Origin: Macrostomum lignano
Taxonomy: Eukaryota
NCBI GenBank assembly: GCA_002269645.1
Contig: NIVC01004097.1
Coordinates: forward strand, 1-28,510
Direction of reading: 5' to 3'
Length of the DNA stretch: 28,510 bases
Shown here piece after piece: positions 11,801-22,006 of the stretch. A model generated the notes under the pieces. That model was not told where the DNA came from, ran no database searches, and was given only the letters and a program-made list of their open reading frames with translations. The position numbers and the translations under genes were made by a program. Each line of letters begins with the position of its first letter. Within the stretch, counting starts at the first letter, position 1.

Positions 11801-14320
11801 ATGCGTGAACAAGCATCCAGCCTTGGCAGCAACTCCCCAGATGCACAAGATCTGCATGCCTAAAAATAGTCCTGATGATCGGCGAGCAAGAAGCCCAGCC
11901 ATGCGACCCTCGCGTGATGCATGCACAACCTCTGATCGACACTGCCTATTGGGCCTCGAAATCCCACTCTCTCCCCCTACTGCTCCTATTCCTCGTTGCT
12001 CGCGTACAGTGTGCTAGCTTATAAAATATACTGATTGAAGAGGAAAGATCCTCGCTTGAAGTTTGAGAATGTGACTCTAGAGATCACACAGAGAAAGTTA
12101 CTATCGAGGTCCATTGTTCGTTGTCTTCCTGAACTGTTGGCAGAAGGAAACGATTATAATATGGGAAAAACCCGTATAAATTTTTCGTTTCAGCAGGGCA
12201 CTAAGAGGTTCAGTGATGTCCGACGCATTCGGAATGAACTTGCCCAGGTAGGTTGCCATGCCAAGCAACCGCATCACTGCCTGCTTATCACCTAGAACCG
12301 GAAGCTCTTGAATGGCTTTTACTTTAGCAGGATCTGGACGAACGCCATCAGATGAGATCACGTGACCAACAAAGTTTACTGAAGAAACACCAACTTTCAA
12401 TTTCTTGCGATTTAGCTTTAAATTCGACTGATGGGCCTCACCCTCACTAAGCACCTTGAGTAGCTTCTGATCGTGCTCTTTGCGGGTCCATCCCCAGATA
12501 AGCATATCATCAACAATTACCTCAGCCCAGCTGCTGAAAATTTTGCTTAGCTCACGTTGGTAGACTTCCAGTGCATCAATAGTTCCTGGGGGCAGGCGAA
12601 CAAATTTGTATCTGCCCCACGGAGTGTTAAAAGTACAGAGCTGTATACTTTCTTTGTCAAGTCTGATCTGCCAAAAACCAGTCTTTGTATCCAGCACGGT
12701 GAAGTACTTGGCACCTGGAATGCGCGCAACAACTTGCTTGACTGTTGTCATTGGGTAGTGAGCGCGCTTGATAGCTTTGTTGAGATGTGTCGGATCGATA
12801 CACAGTCGCAGGCTGCCATCTGGCTTGTGCACAGTAACCAAGGAGTTTACCCAATCCGTTGGCTCAGAAACTTTAACGATGACTCCGAGGGCCTCCATGC
12901 GCTTTAACTCCTCCTGAACTTTGCCTTGCAGTGCAAAGGGAATATTTCTCGGAGCATTGACGACAGGAACAGCATGTTCATCGAGAGTAAATGAGTGCAT
13001 GTAAGGCAAACAGCCAAGTTTGTCGTCAAACAGGTCACTGAATTCCTTTAGCACGAACTTTTCGTCAATCACTAGTGGCTGTCTAATGCTTTCAACTCGT
13101 CAAATTAGGTCCAGATCCTTCAGCGCTGGTAAACCAAGGATTGCTTGTTGCACCTCTGAAACCATAAACTCTATCTCGCACGGCCGACCCTACACCTTGA
13201 CCTTCAAATGACACTTTCCAACGACAGGAATGTGAGCTCCTCCAAAAGCCATCAACACAGTGTGAGTTTTTAGCAACTGCTCACCGACTGGGAAATAATC
13301 TGCTGGCAACACGCTCATCTCTGCTCTGGTGTCTAGCTTGCATTGCAGCTTTTTACCATCTGGAAGCTGAACTTCTGCTAACCAACTGGAACCATTATCA
13401 GTCTGCAGCGTTCCAATAAAATACACCTCTTCACCAGCACTAGCATCCTCACCTTCAGCTGCTGTTACAGTCATAACCCTCCGGTTATTGTTGCTTCGAC
13501 ATTGACTGCGAAAGTGGTTCAGACGGCCACAGGACAGACACCGCTTACCAAAAGCCGGACACTTGCCATCACGATGACTGTAACCGCAGTTGTGACAGCG
13601 ACTTTCTCCAGGAAGGTGTCCCTGAAGTTGACTCGGGTTCGAACTTTGTCCAGGTTGGCCCTGCGCCATCGACTGGGCCGCTGTACTTGACACTGGGCGC
13701 CCTGAGTTGCGGATTTGTTGCTGCCGAGGCACTGCCGGAGCAGGTGACAACCTTACGACATTTAGGCCTTTCTCGACTTCCTTTAGCTGATGTCGCGCGG
13801 ACTCTGCAGCTCTGCACATGTCAATTGCCGTTCTCAGGTCCAAGTCCGGTTCTCGAAGTAGCCGCTCTCGCATTTGTGAGTCGTTGCACCCCAGGACGAT
13901 CTTGTCTCGAATCATTTTCTCTTTTTGTGTTTCAAAATTGCACGTTCCAGCCAGACGTTTCAAATCAGTCACAAACAGGTCAACTGGCTCAGACTCCTTC
14001 TGGTCGCGTTCCCAGAACTTAAAACGCTCAAAGACTTCGCTCGTACGCGGACTGAAGTGCTCATCGAATAGCTCCAGCAACTTGTCAAAAGCTATTGGTC
14101 GCCTTGCTGTTGCACCCTCTGCTGTTTCCTCTTCTATTTCTGTCTCCAGGGTGTTATAAATGTCAAGGCCATTGTCACCGATCAGATGCAAAAACAAATT
14201 TATTTGACACTCTTCGCCAACAATTCCAGTTGCCTTGAGGTATATAAAAAATCTTTGTCACCAGCATTTCCAAGACTCGTTGGAGTCCGTCTCCAACTCT
14301 TCGGGTGGCTTCAGGTCCAT
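8818..14320 (-). pseudogene. Gypsy gag-pol single reading frame with 5 premature stops and the TRIM insertion
   Basis: MDLKPPE start at 14320. Zn knuckles CHNCGYSH and CLSCGRLNHFRSQC; protease KLDTRA (DTGA mutated); RT VDDMLIWG; RH NYAQIEKE and TDHKPL; IN HKGHAG..CSTC, SDNGPPF, SNGMAE. In-frame stops near 14258, 13190, 13100, 10462 and 9151. All segments are in one frame once the insertion is removed. Confidence 0.93.
10642..12192 (+). mobile_element. Non-autonomous LTR element (TRIM-like, 1551 bp) nested in the Gypsy RT/RH junction, in opposite orientation
   Basis: LTRs at 10647-11092 and 11746-12192 (about 446 bp, about 98% identical). 4 bp TSD GCAG (10638-10641, 12193-12196). PBS-like TGGTTCCACTGACC at 11095; PPT GAAAAAAGAG at 11736-11745; 653 bp non-coding interior. 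Removal restores EPLSALLKKEVLFDW. Confidence 0.92.
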
Positions 14321-14349
14321 GCTCTGAGTCTAGCTAGCTTGCGACGCCA

Positions 14350-14520
14350 TGTAATGAATGCGCAACCAGAGAAACTTGTATTATTCAAGAGTGCCAAAAA
14401 GCATATTATATAGAGGGGCGAGGGGGCTGAGCAATTGATAGCAATGTACATGATTGGGGGACGGGGCGGCTGGGGCAGATGTGCGTACAATAAATTATAG
14501 TTACAAGTGCATCACTGACA
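14350..14520 (-). repeat. Gypsy 5' LTR (171 bp)
   Basis: Direct repeat of 8274-8448, followed by TSD AAGGT. Confidence 0.95.
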
Positions 14521-15087
14521 AAGGTCTCAAACAATCGTATAATACATGATATGCAGCTAGAAGTTTATTAAGATGTTAGCATTATAAAAGTCTAAATTAT
14601 AATTTTTAGACTTCGTTTATTAAGCCTAGCCCTATATAGCTTTAATAATAATAATAATAAACAATAATTATTTATTAAGATAGGCCTAGGGAGAGCTACA
14701 TATAAGATATAGTTATTGATTGCATAATGTGATTCTATCTATTTTCAGTTTATCTATTAGCATGTAACTTGTAGCTCCCTCCTTCTTGGTCTATATTAGT
14801 ACTTAATATTAAATATAAATAATTAAAATTTAGCTATTTTAAGATATGCTTAATTTTTTGTAGCAATATCTAGATTATATTGCATATATTCAAATTGTAT
14901 ATTATTCCTATATGCTTAAGTATATGCCAATTTTGCAAATGGCTTTTGTATACTAGACTAGATTACCATAATTTATAGGGTACTCACTGACTAGAAGTTA
15001 TAATCCCTGGAAAAACTATGTGTATAGTATTCAATTTTTGCTTTTGTGCATGTAACATTATGTATCCTTTTTATTTAACCATTTTAG

Positions 15088-15129
15088 AACACTTGTCATC
15101 AATGCCTGTGCAATTCTCAACTTTAAATT
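15088..15129 (+). CDS. SMIM7: SMIM7 exon 2 (42 bp), TLVINACAILNFKL
   Basis: TTTTAG|AACACTT...AAATT|GTAAGT. Matches the SMIM7 motif TLLMNAGAVLNFKL; phases are consistent with both neighbouring exons. Confidence 0.92.
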
Positions 15130-15272
15130 GTAAGTTTTGAACTTTTGTTTTTCTGTATAATAAATAGAAAGCAAAAAATGATACAATATTTGTGATGTAT
15201 TTGAATATTGGCTAATTTTCGACAAAAAAATCACCCCCAACATTATTGACTAGTTCTCTAAGTACATCCTAT

Positions 15273-16533
15273 TCACACTGCTGGCACTTCAATAAATCCA
15301 CCCAACTCACTGCTGGTGCTCCAATGCCACCCAACTCACTGCTGGCACTTCAATAATGCCACCCAACTCACTGCTGGCACTTCAATAATGCCACCCAACT
15401 CACTGCTGGTGCTCAATGCCACCCAACTCACTGCTGGTGCTCCAATGCCACCCAACTCACACTGCTGGTGCTCCAATGCCACCCAACTCACACTGCTGGT
15501 GCTCCAATGCCACCCAACTCACACTGCTGGTGCTCCAATGCCACCCAACTCACTGCTGGCACTTCAATAATGCCACCCAACTCACTGCTGGCACTTCAAT
15601 AATGCCACCCAACTCACTCTGCTGGTGCTCCAATGCCACCCAACTCACTGCTGGTGCTCCAATGCCACCCAACTCACTGCTGGTACTTCAATAATGCCAC
15701 CCAACTCACTGCTGGCACTTCAATAATGCCACCCAACTCACTCTGCTGGTGCTCCAATGCCACCCAACTCACACTGCTGGTGCTCCAATGCCACCCAACT
15801 CACACTGCTGGTGCTCCAATGCCACCCAACTCACACTGCTGGTGCTCCAATGCCACCCAACTCACACTGCTGGTGCTCCAATGCCACCCAACTCACACTG
15901 CTGGTGCTCCAATGCCACCCAACTCACTGCTGGTGCTCCAATGCCACCCAACTTACTGCTGGTGCTCCAATGCCACCCAACTCACACTGCTGGTGCTCCA
16001 ATGCCACCAACTCACACTGCTGGTACTCCAATGCCACCCAACTCACACTGCTGGTGCTCCAATGCCACCCAACTCACTGCTGGCACTGCCACCCAACTCA
16101 CAATGCCACCCAACTCACTCTGCTGGTGCTCCAATGCCACCCAACTCACAATGCCACCCAACTGCTGGTACTTCAATGCTCACACAATAATGCCACCCAA
16201 CTCACTGCTGGCACTGCCACCCAACTCACTCTGCTGGTGCTCCAATGCCACCCAACTCACACTGCTGGTGCTCCAATGCCACCCAACTCACACTGCTGGT
16301 GCTCCAATGCCACCCAACTCACACTGCTGGTGCTCCAATGCCACCCAACTCACACTGCTGGTGCTCCAATGCCACCCAACTCACACTGCTGGTGCTCCAA
16401 TGCCACCCAACTCACTGCTGGTGCTCCAATGCCACCCAACTCACTGCTGGTGCTCCAATGCCACCCAACTCACACTGCTGGTGCTCCAATGCCAACCAAC
16501 TCACACTGCTGGTACTCCAACACCACACTGCTC
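15273..16533. repeat. 29-32 bp minisatellite (CCACCCAACTCACACTGCTGGTGCTCCAATG), about 40 copies, in SMIM7 intron 2
   Basis: Tandem units read directly, with a variant sub-family carrying GGCACTTCAATAATG. It ends just before the exon 3 acceptor. Confidence 0.96.
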
Positions 16534-16554
16534 AAACCCACTCTCGAACCCCAG

Positions 16555-16717
16555 GAGAGACGAGAAGCAGCACCAATTCGAGTTTGAGGACGCCAGCCGC
16601 GCCTCCTTCGGGGACAAAACGCGAGAGTTTCTGCGCAGCCTTCGCTACTTTCGCGTGTTTATCGGCCTGTGGAACATCTTTGTCATACTACTCATGCTGA
16701 CAGTGTTCAGCAGTTAG
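16555..16717 (+). CDS. SMIM7: SMIM7 exon 3 (terminal)
   Basis: CCCCAG|GAGAGAC..., translating to RDEKQHQFEFEDASRASFGDKTREFLRSLRYFRVFIGLWNIFVILLMLTVFSS*. Matches SMIM7 [24 protein letters not shown]. Spliced CDS is 26+42+163 = 231 nt, 76 aa. Confidence 0.95.
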
Positions 16718-17779
16718 CAGTGTGCAAGTTGCTGGCTAGTGGAAGATTTTTATACTCACATTATTGTGTTAATCAGTAAATCTCTGTTTCTTAATACCCA
16801 ACAGTTTGCTGTAGGCGGTGCCTGGATTTCAATTCACCCTGAATGTCATTTGATAGAGTAACTAATAGGATTTCACTGATTGCACTGTTAACTCATTCAG
16901 TAGAAGCTGTAATATCGTAAATGCGTTAAATTTAAGCATTACAAATTATGACAGCTGTTAACTTGTGTTATGGTTAGGGTTCCTGCCGGTACAGCTTTCC
17001 TGTTTTTTGCTGTGTACATATTCTGATAATACATTGAGAAAGCCATTGTGCTTATTTTGTCTGCTGAACTAATTTTGAACTCATTTCATTGCCTTGCTAA
17101 TATTGAAAATGTTCTGTTCGTTTCGATGCTCTCTTATTTCGCTAATTTCAGTGAGAAGTTTGTTAGACAAAACTGTCACCATAAAGTGGCTATCAATTAA
17201 TTCTTAATTTATTAACGATTATCGAGTGTTTGTAAAGCTTTGGGGGTCACAACTTGACGTAGATAGGTTAGTTACCTTATGGACCCTGGGCTTAATTTCT
17301 TAATTAGCTAGTCGCATGGGCTTCTAAGTGATGATTTTGACACTATTTTCAGCGATTCTGGCATGTACGATCTTTGGAGAGTACTGTGCATGTATTGTGG
17401 TTATGCTAGTAACAAATTGAATGGTGATTTAACAGAGAACTACTTAATGTGCAATGCAGATAGACAGAGTTAGCCTATAAAAGGACAGGATTTTTCACTT
17501 GTATTTGTGTGATTCAAATTGTTATTTAACTTCTGCTGGTAACTGGAATACAGGGGAGTACATGAGCACTAATTTGATCGGAGATGGCTCAGAAAAATAA
17601 CACTCAAATACCCACCTTTTTCTGCGAAAATTTTCTCATATTGCCCCGTACTTGAAAATGAAACCGGACATTCTGGCATAAACCAATTATTATCGGGAAA
17701 AGCTCCATTTTGTTTATTGAGATCCTCCAGCTCGATCGGATCAGTCCGAGCTGCTTTGTGTTGCCATTCGATTGCAGAT

Positions 17780-19224
17780 TCACGGCGAGTTGCAGAGGTT
17801 CCGCAGTTCGTCGAACTGGCTCGTGTCGAGGTTGCCAGTCAGCAGGGCCCAGCACTGCAGCCAGCCGTCAAACGGTTCGATTCCGTTTCTCATGCAGTTT
17901 CCAATCAGCAGGGTGTCGTGGATGGTGTACAGGCTGCCACTCGACTTCCTGGGACTGCCGCCCCAAGTCTGGCGCGCCACCGTGGCTCCGTTAAGGTGAG
18001 TAGCGAAGTCCAGGCCATCAAAGTTGATTCCGACGCTCTCCACTCTCTGAACCGAGCCGACATCCAGAGCGTTGTTGCTAGTGTAATGGCGGAAAAGCAC
18101 ATCTCCGGTTGGGAAAAACACTTTGGTAGAAATTCTTCCCTGGATGTCGGCATGGAAAGTGCTTGAGTACATGTCGTTTCTCGTGACATCGACGAATGCA
18201 CCGAAGCATTTGGATCTGAAAGTTTCATCGGCAGCTTGCTTACAGTTGCATAATTCTAAGAGTGCTGTAGAGGCCTGTCATCTTAATATCATAGAGTGGA
18301 GCCCAAGTAACCTGGTACACAAATAATACGCCATTCTGCTCTGACACCAAGGAAGCTGTTTTTAGCAAAATGCGACGAAAATTGGACTTGGGATAGGGGA
18401 AGGCAAGCAAGAGGATAATTTGGAATCCACATACAATGAGCTTAAATTGACATAATGGTCCCTAATTTTCCCCTTGCTCGTTCTTCTCTATCCCCAGTCA
18501 GGTTTTGGTCGCTTTTTGCCAAACCCTGCTTTACTGTGAGCAGAATAGCGTATCATTTGTGTACATACAATGTAGGTTACTCTGGCTCCAGTTTAGAGCT
18601 TAAGGCTTTATCTTGCATTAGTAAATGCGCGTAATACATATACATGTACTTACGAGAAGTTCATTCCAAATTTTCCCTGGAAGAACAGGCTGAACTTCTG
18701 TCCGTAGTTGAAGTATTTGTAGAATCCGGGAGTTGAGACCTTCACGTGGGAGCTGCTCGAGCCCTGCAGGCGGACTCCGTCAATCGAGTTCTGCTCGGCG
18801 ATGCCCACCGGCTCAGCTGGGAATTCGCACGAGTTGGCCAGATTTTTGTAGCTCTTTCGAAAGTTGTACAGCAGAACAATTTGCATGGAAAACGAGAGCG
18901 ACAGCAGGGCGGGATCTGCTGATTTCAGAGACAGCTTCCTTCTAGCGATCATTCCAGGACTGCAGGCTGCAGCTGCAGCCGTATGCGGCAGGCTATAGCA
19001 GACACGGCTGTCTGTCAGGTACACGGACTGCCGGCACCCGCTGCTCAGGGTGCAGCGGAGCACGCACTCGGACTCGCTGGGCGCGGGCACCGCCTCCACG
19101 CCAACGGTTCAGCGGGACAGATGCTTTTGGGCTGGAACAGGGCGGAGCTGTCATCGCACTCTGCGTTGACGGCAATACAACTGGCCATCAGCAGCAGGCA
19201 GATGCGGCCTGCGGCGAATTCCAT
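17780..19224 (-). pseudogene. Copy A of the secreted PAN/apple + LamG-like gene, with a 1 bp deletion near 19102
   Basis: Exons 19224-18654 and 18215-17780. CACGCCAACGG here versus CACGCCGAACGG in copy B shifts the frame after about 40 codons. Confidence 0.7.
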
Positions 19225-21107
19225 GCTTTCTAAGAAACGTTTAAAATAGGGTTATCTGGTTTCAGAAAGCTCCAAAGTTGTGGATTTCTGCAAGTAAAAT
19301 TGTAGTCAGTCGCCACAGATGCTTTGGTTTTAAAGTTTTAAATGCTGGCTGACTAAAAGTAGTTACCTGGCTGGCTGCGGGTTGTGGGCTTCTTGTCTCG
19401 TAGCGGTTTTTATGCTGAGGGCCGGCCTGACAGCTGCAGAGGGACGCTGCTTTCCCACACTTCCTCGATCGTAGGCGTTCTCAGTTTTTTGTCTTTCTAA
19501 ACGCAGGAAGTTCAAAAGTTCTAAACGCAGGAAGCCTGCTAGTTCTTCGCTTAGCAAGTCCAACGTGCTAAGCGGAACACCTCTTGAGCACTCCTTTCAT
19601 TGTGACATCCTACTATGGCAGGATGAAAGCTCTCTGCTCAGAACAATTGCATTTTCCCTTCTTTGGGGAATTTCTTGTCAGCTTCAGACACTACAAGCAG
19701 TAACGAAAAATCGAATCTTCTTGAAGCTTTTTCCTATCTTTTCTCCAGAGCTGTGCTTTCAACGCCTTCATCAGACTCCCGACTGATGCTACTAATGCTG
19801 CCCCCGCGTTGAGTTCGTCTCTAGATGGGCCTCAGGGTTTTCGAGACCCTATAGATTAGTTATAAAGCTGGTAGCAAAAAGTGGATAACTTTTAAAAAGA
19901 TGAGATACGAGTATAGTGGGCATAATGGTATCGCATTCAATGTCATTCTGCTCTATTTTAAGAAAAATACATGTATTTTGAATAGAGAATGAATGAAGTA
20001 ATTCTCAAGTTTGACGAGGATCTGAATTGAAATGTTCAAAATCCGCGAGTTTCAACAGCTTACTGCTTGGATAATATTGAAAGTGTGTTCTTTTCATTTT
20101 TGATGCTCTGTCTTCTTGCAAGTTTCAGTTAATCAATTAATGCTTTCAGCACAAGTGCAGTGTTTTTTCGTTCTACTACCGCTGCTTCGTCCAGTACAGA
20201 ATAGTGAACATTATTAGCGGCAGTCTGAACACATTTTAGTTTGGCGAAAGTTGCAGCTGTTAATAACAGCAATTTATAAAATAAATGAGATGCCGAATTT
20301 CAAGCTCCAGAGTGGAACTCGAAGGAAAGCTCTGGACGGAACCGACTATGCGAGCTCGTACATTCGATAACTTTCCTTATCGTTTGAATGAGACGCTGAA
20401 CTAGATATCCCGTCCGAGTTCTCCCTGGGCTTCCAGGGATATAAAATAAAATAAGCCATTTTTCCTCTCGTCGGCCACATGTACGCTCGTACCAAAGGGG
20501 ATTCCATATTTTACTGAGCCGAAGCGGAGCAACGCAGGCACATGAAATTAAAAAACACGGGCTGACCTTTCGTTGCGCACCTTCTCAAACAAGAATCAAG
20601 TCGCCAGCCCTCCGGACCGTCAAGATATTCGACGATTCTGCCAGAATCAATTATCGACGTATTCAATTCACCCCCTGTGTGCCAATCAACACTGCGCCTC
20701 AGTGCAGCCTTGCCAAACCTCCAAATTTCATCAGCACGTCGACCAACATGAGCCTGCATCAGCTCTCACTTTGTTGGTCACTGGCTTTTACCCAGGTGGA
20801 GCTTCTGGAACCTTCAACAGATGGCACCAGGTGACTATGGATACCCTGATGCAAATTCTTCTCGTTTTGCTGATCAAGCCTCGACAGTGAGAAATCACAA
20901 CAGCTGGACACTCTCAGCTAGTCTCTCAGGTATTCAAGTCAACACTGTTCAAAGAAAGATGAGTCAATTATCTAAGAACGGACAAAATCCTAGCGATTGT
21001 TTCTCTAATTCCCAATTTAGGCATCTATAAGTTGACCTGAAATCTCCATATCATCCACTTTATGCCCTGGTAGCCTCGCCTGTCATGGCAAGAGCATAGC
21101 TCTGGTC

Positions 21108-21148
21108 CAAGGACCACTAGAAGTTACGGTAACTTCTAGTGGTCCTTG
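21108..21148. mobile_element. 41 bp perfect palindrome, probable minimal MITE
   Basis: CAAGGACCACTAGAAGTTAC-G-GTAACTTCTAGTGGTCCTTG. The 8 bp flanks CTCTGGTC / TTCTGACC match at 5/8, all differences being transitions. Same termini as the element at 21422. Confidence 0.7.
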
Positions 21149-21421
21149 TTCTGACCATGTACGATATTTGGATTTAGCTGCATACATGTGCATTGTGCTG
21201 CAGCTCGTGCCAAATTGAATGGTGATTTAACAGAAGGCTGATCAATATGCAATGCAGATAGACAGATCTAGCCTACTAAGGACAGACATTTTCACTTTTA
21301 TTTGTGTGATTCACTGCATACGGGGAGACGGATATTCGGGTGGCTAATTTGATCGGGAACAACTCAGAAAAAACACTTAAGAATGCGAGCCTTTCTGTGA
21401 AATTCTGGATCTTACTCGTAC

Positions 21422-21847
21422 CAAGGACCACGATCAGTAGAAGGACGAGAAGCCTCGTTTCTTAGAAAAATTTCAGGTGGCATGCAGGTTTTTCCAAAAG
21501 CTACACTTACGGAGATTGAGACCGTTCATCTTTTGATATGCTGTGCCTTTCTTATAGTTCACTTGATACGAGTATTCATAAAGCTTTTCGTTCAGAAAAT
21601 TAGGATTGGAATCCTTATTCCAGAATCCTTATTTTCTGAAAGAAAAGCTTTATGAATATCAAGTGAACTATAAGAAAGGCACAGCATATCAAAAGATGAA
21701 CATTGGGTCTGCTTCCTATCGAAAGCAATAACAATTCTGGTGCTGAAAAATGAAAACTTCCTAGTGTACTTTTTTGAGAAACCTGCATGCCTCCTAGAAT
21801 TTTTCCTAGAAACGAGGTTCCCAGACCTTCTACTTGAGTGGTCCTTC
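21422..21847. mobile_element. 426 bp foldback MITE with CAAGGACCAC termini
   Basis: About 85 bp imperfect TIRs; 8 bp TSD-like flanks ACTCGTAC / GCTCGTCC; inner inverted repeat of about 80 bp (about 21524-21610 vs 21625-21701). Absent from the homologous flank of copy A. Confidence 0.85.
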
Positions 21848-22006
21848 GCTCGTCCGAGCTACTATACCACGTAGTTGAAAATTGAAAAAATTAATATCAG
21901 GAAAAATGAAGCTCAGTTTAAAAAATTTCCAATCGTTTGTTTATTGAGATCCTCCAGCTCGATCGGATCAGTCCGAGCTGCTTTGTGTTGCCATTCGATT
22001 GCAGAT

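Larger units (their letters stand above)
8274..14520 (-). mobile_element. Full-length Gypsy/Ty3 LTR retrotransposon, inactivated
   Basis: TG..CA LTRs at 8274-8448 and 14350-14520; 5 bp TSD AAGGT (8269-8273, 14521-14525). PBS-like TGGCGTCGC next to the right LTR and PPT AGAAGAGAGA next to the left LTR (minus strand). Domain order gag-PR-RT-RH-IN. Confidence 0.97.

Noticed and set aside
10616-12295. Duplicated small ORFs (MSIRGCAC.., MNKHPALA..)
   Set aside because: They lie within the two TRIM LTRs and have no protein features.
15273-16533. About 35 CCAAT motifs near an NF-YC gene, suggesting an NF-Y sponge
   Set aside because: The flanks (CTCCAATGC) fit the NF-Y RRCCAATSR consensus poorly, and proximity is irrelevant for a trans-acting factor.
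15316-16717. 322 aa and other MPPNSH/NATQLT ORFs
   Set aside because: Minisatellite translation. The real coding part starts at the acceptor at 16555 (SMIM7).
18240-18330. Possible extra small exon (VTWAPLYDIKMTG) with a 28 nt intron in the LamG genes
   Set aside because: The simple two-exon model is already phase-correct, and this exon's acceptor phase does not match exon 1.
20511-21030. Short ORFs between the paralogs
   Set aside because: No recognisable motif, consistent splice chain or TE termini.
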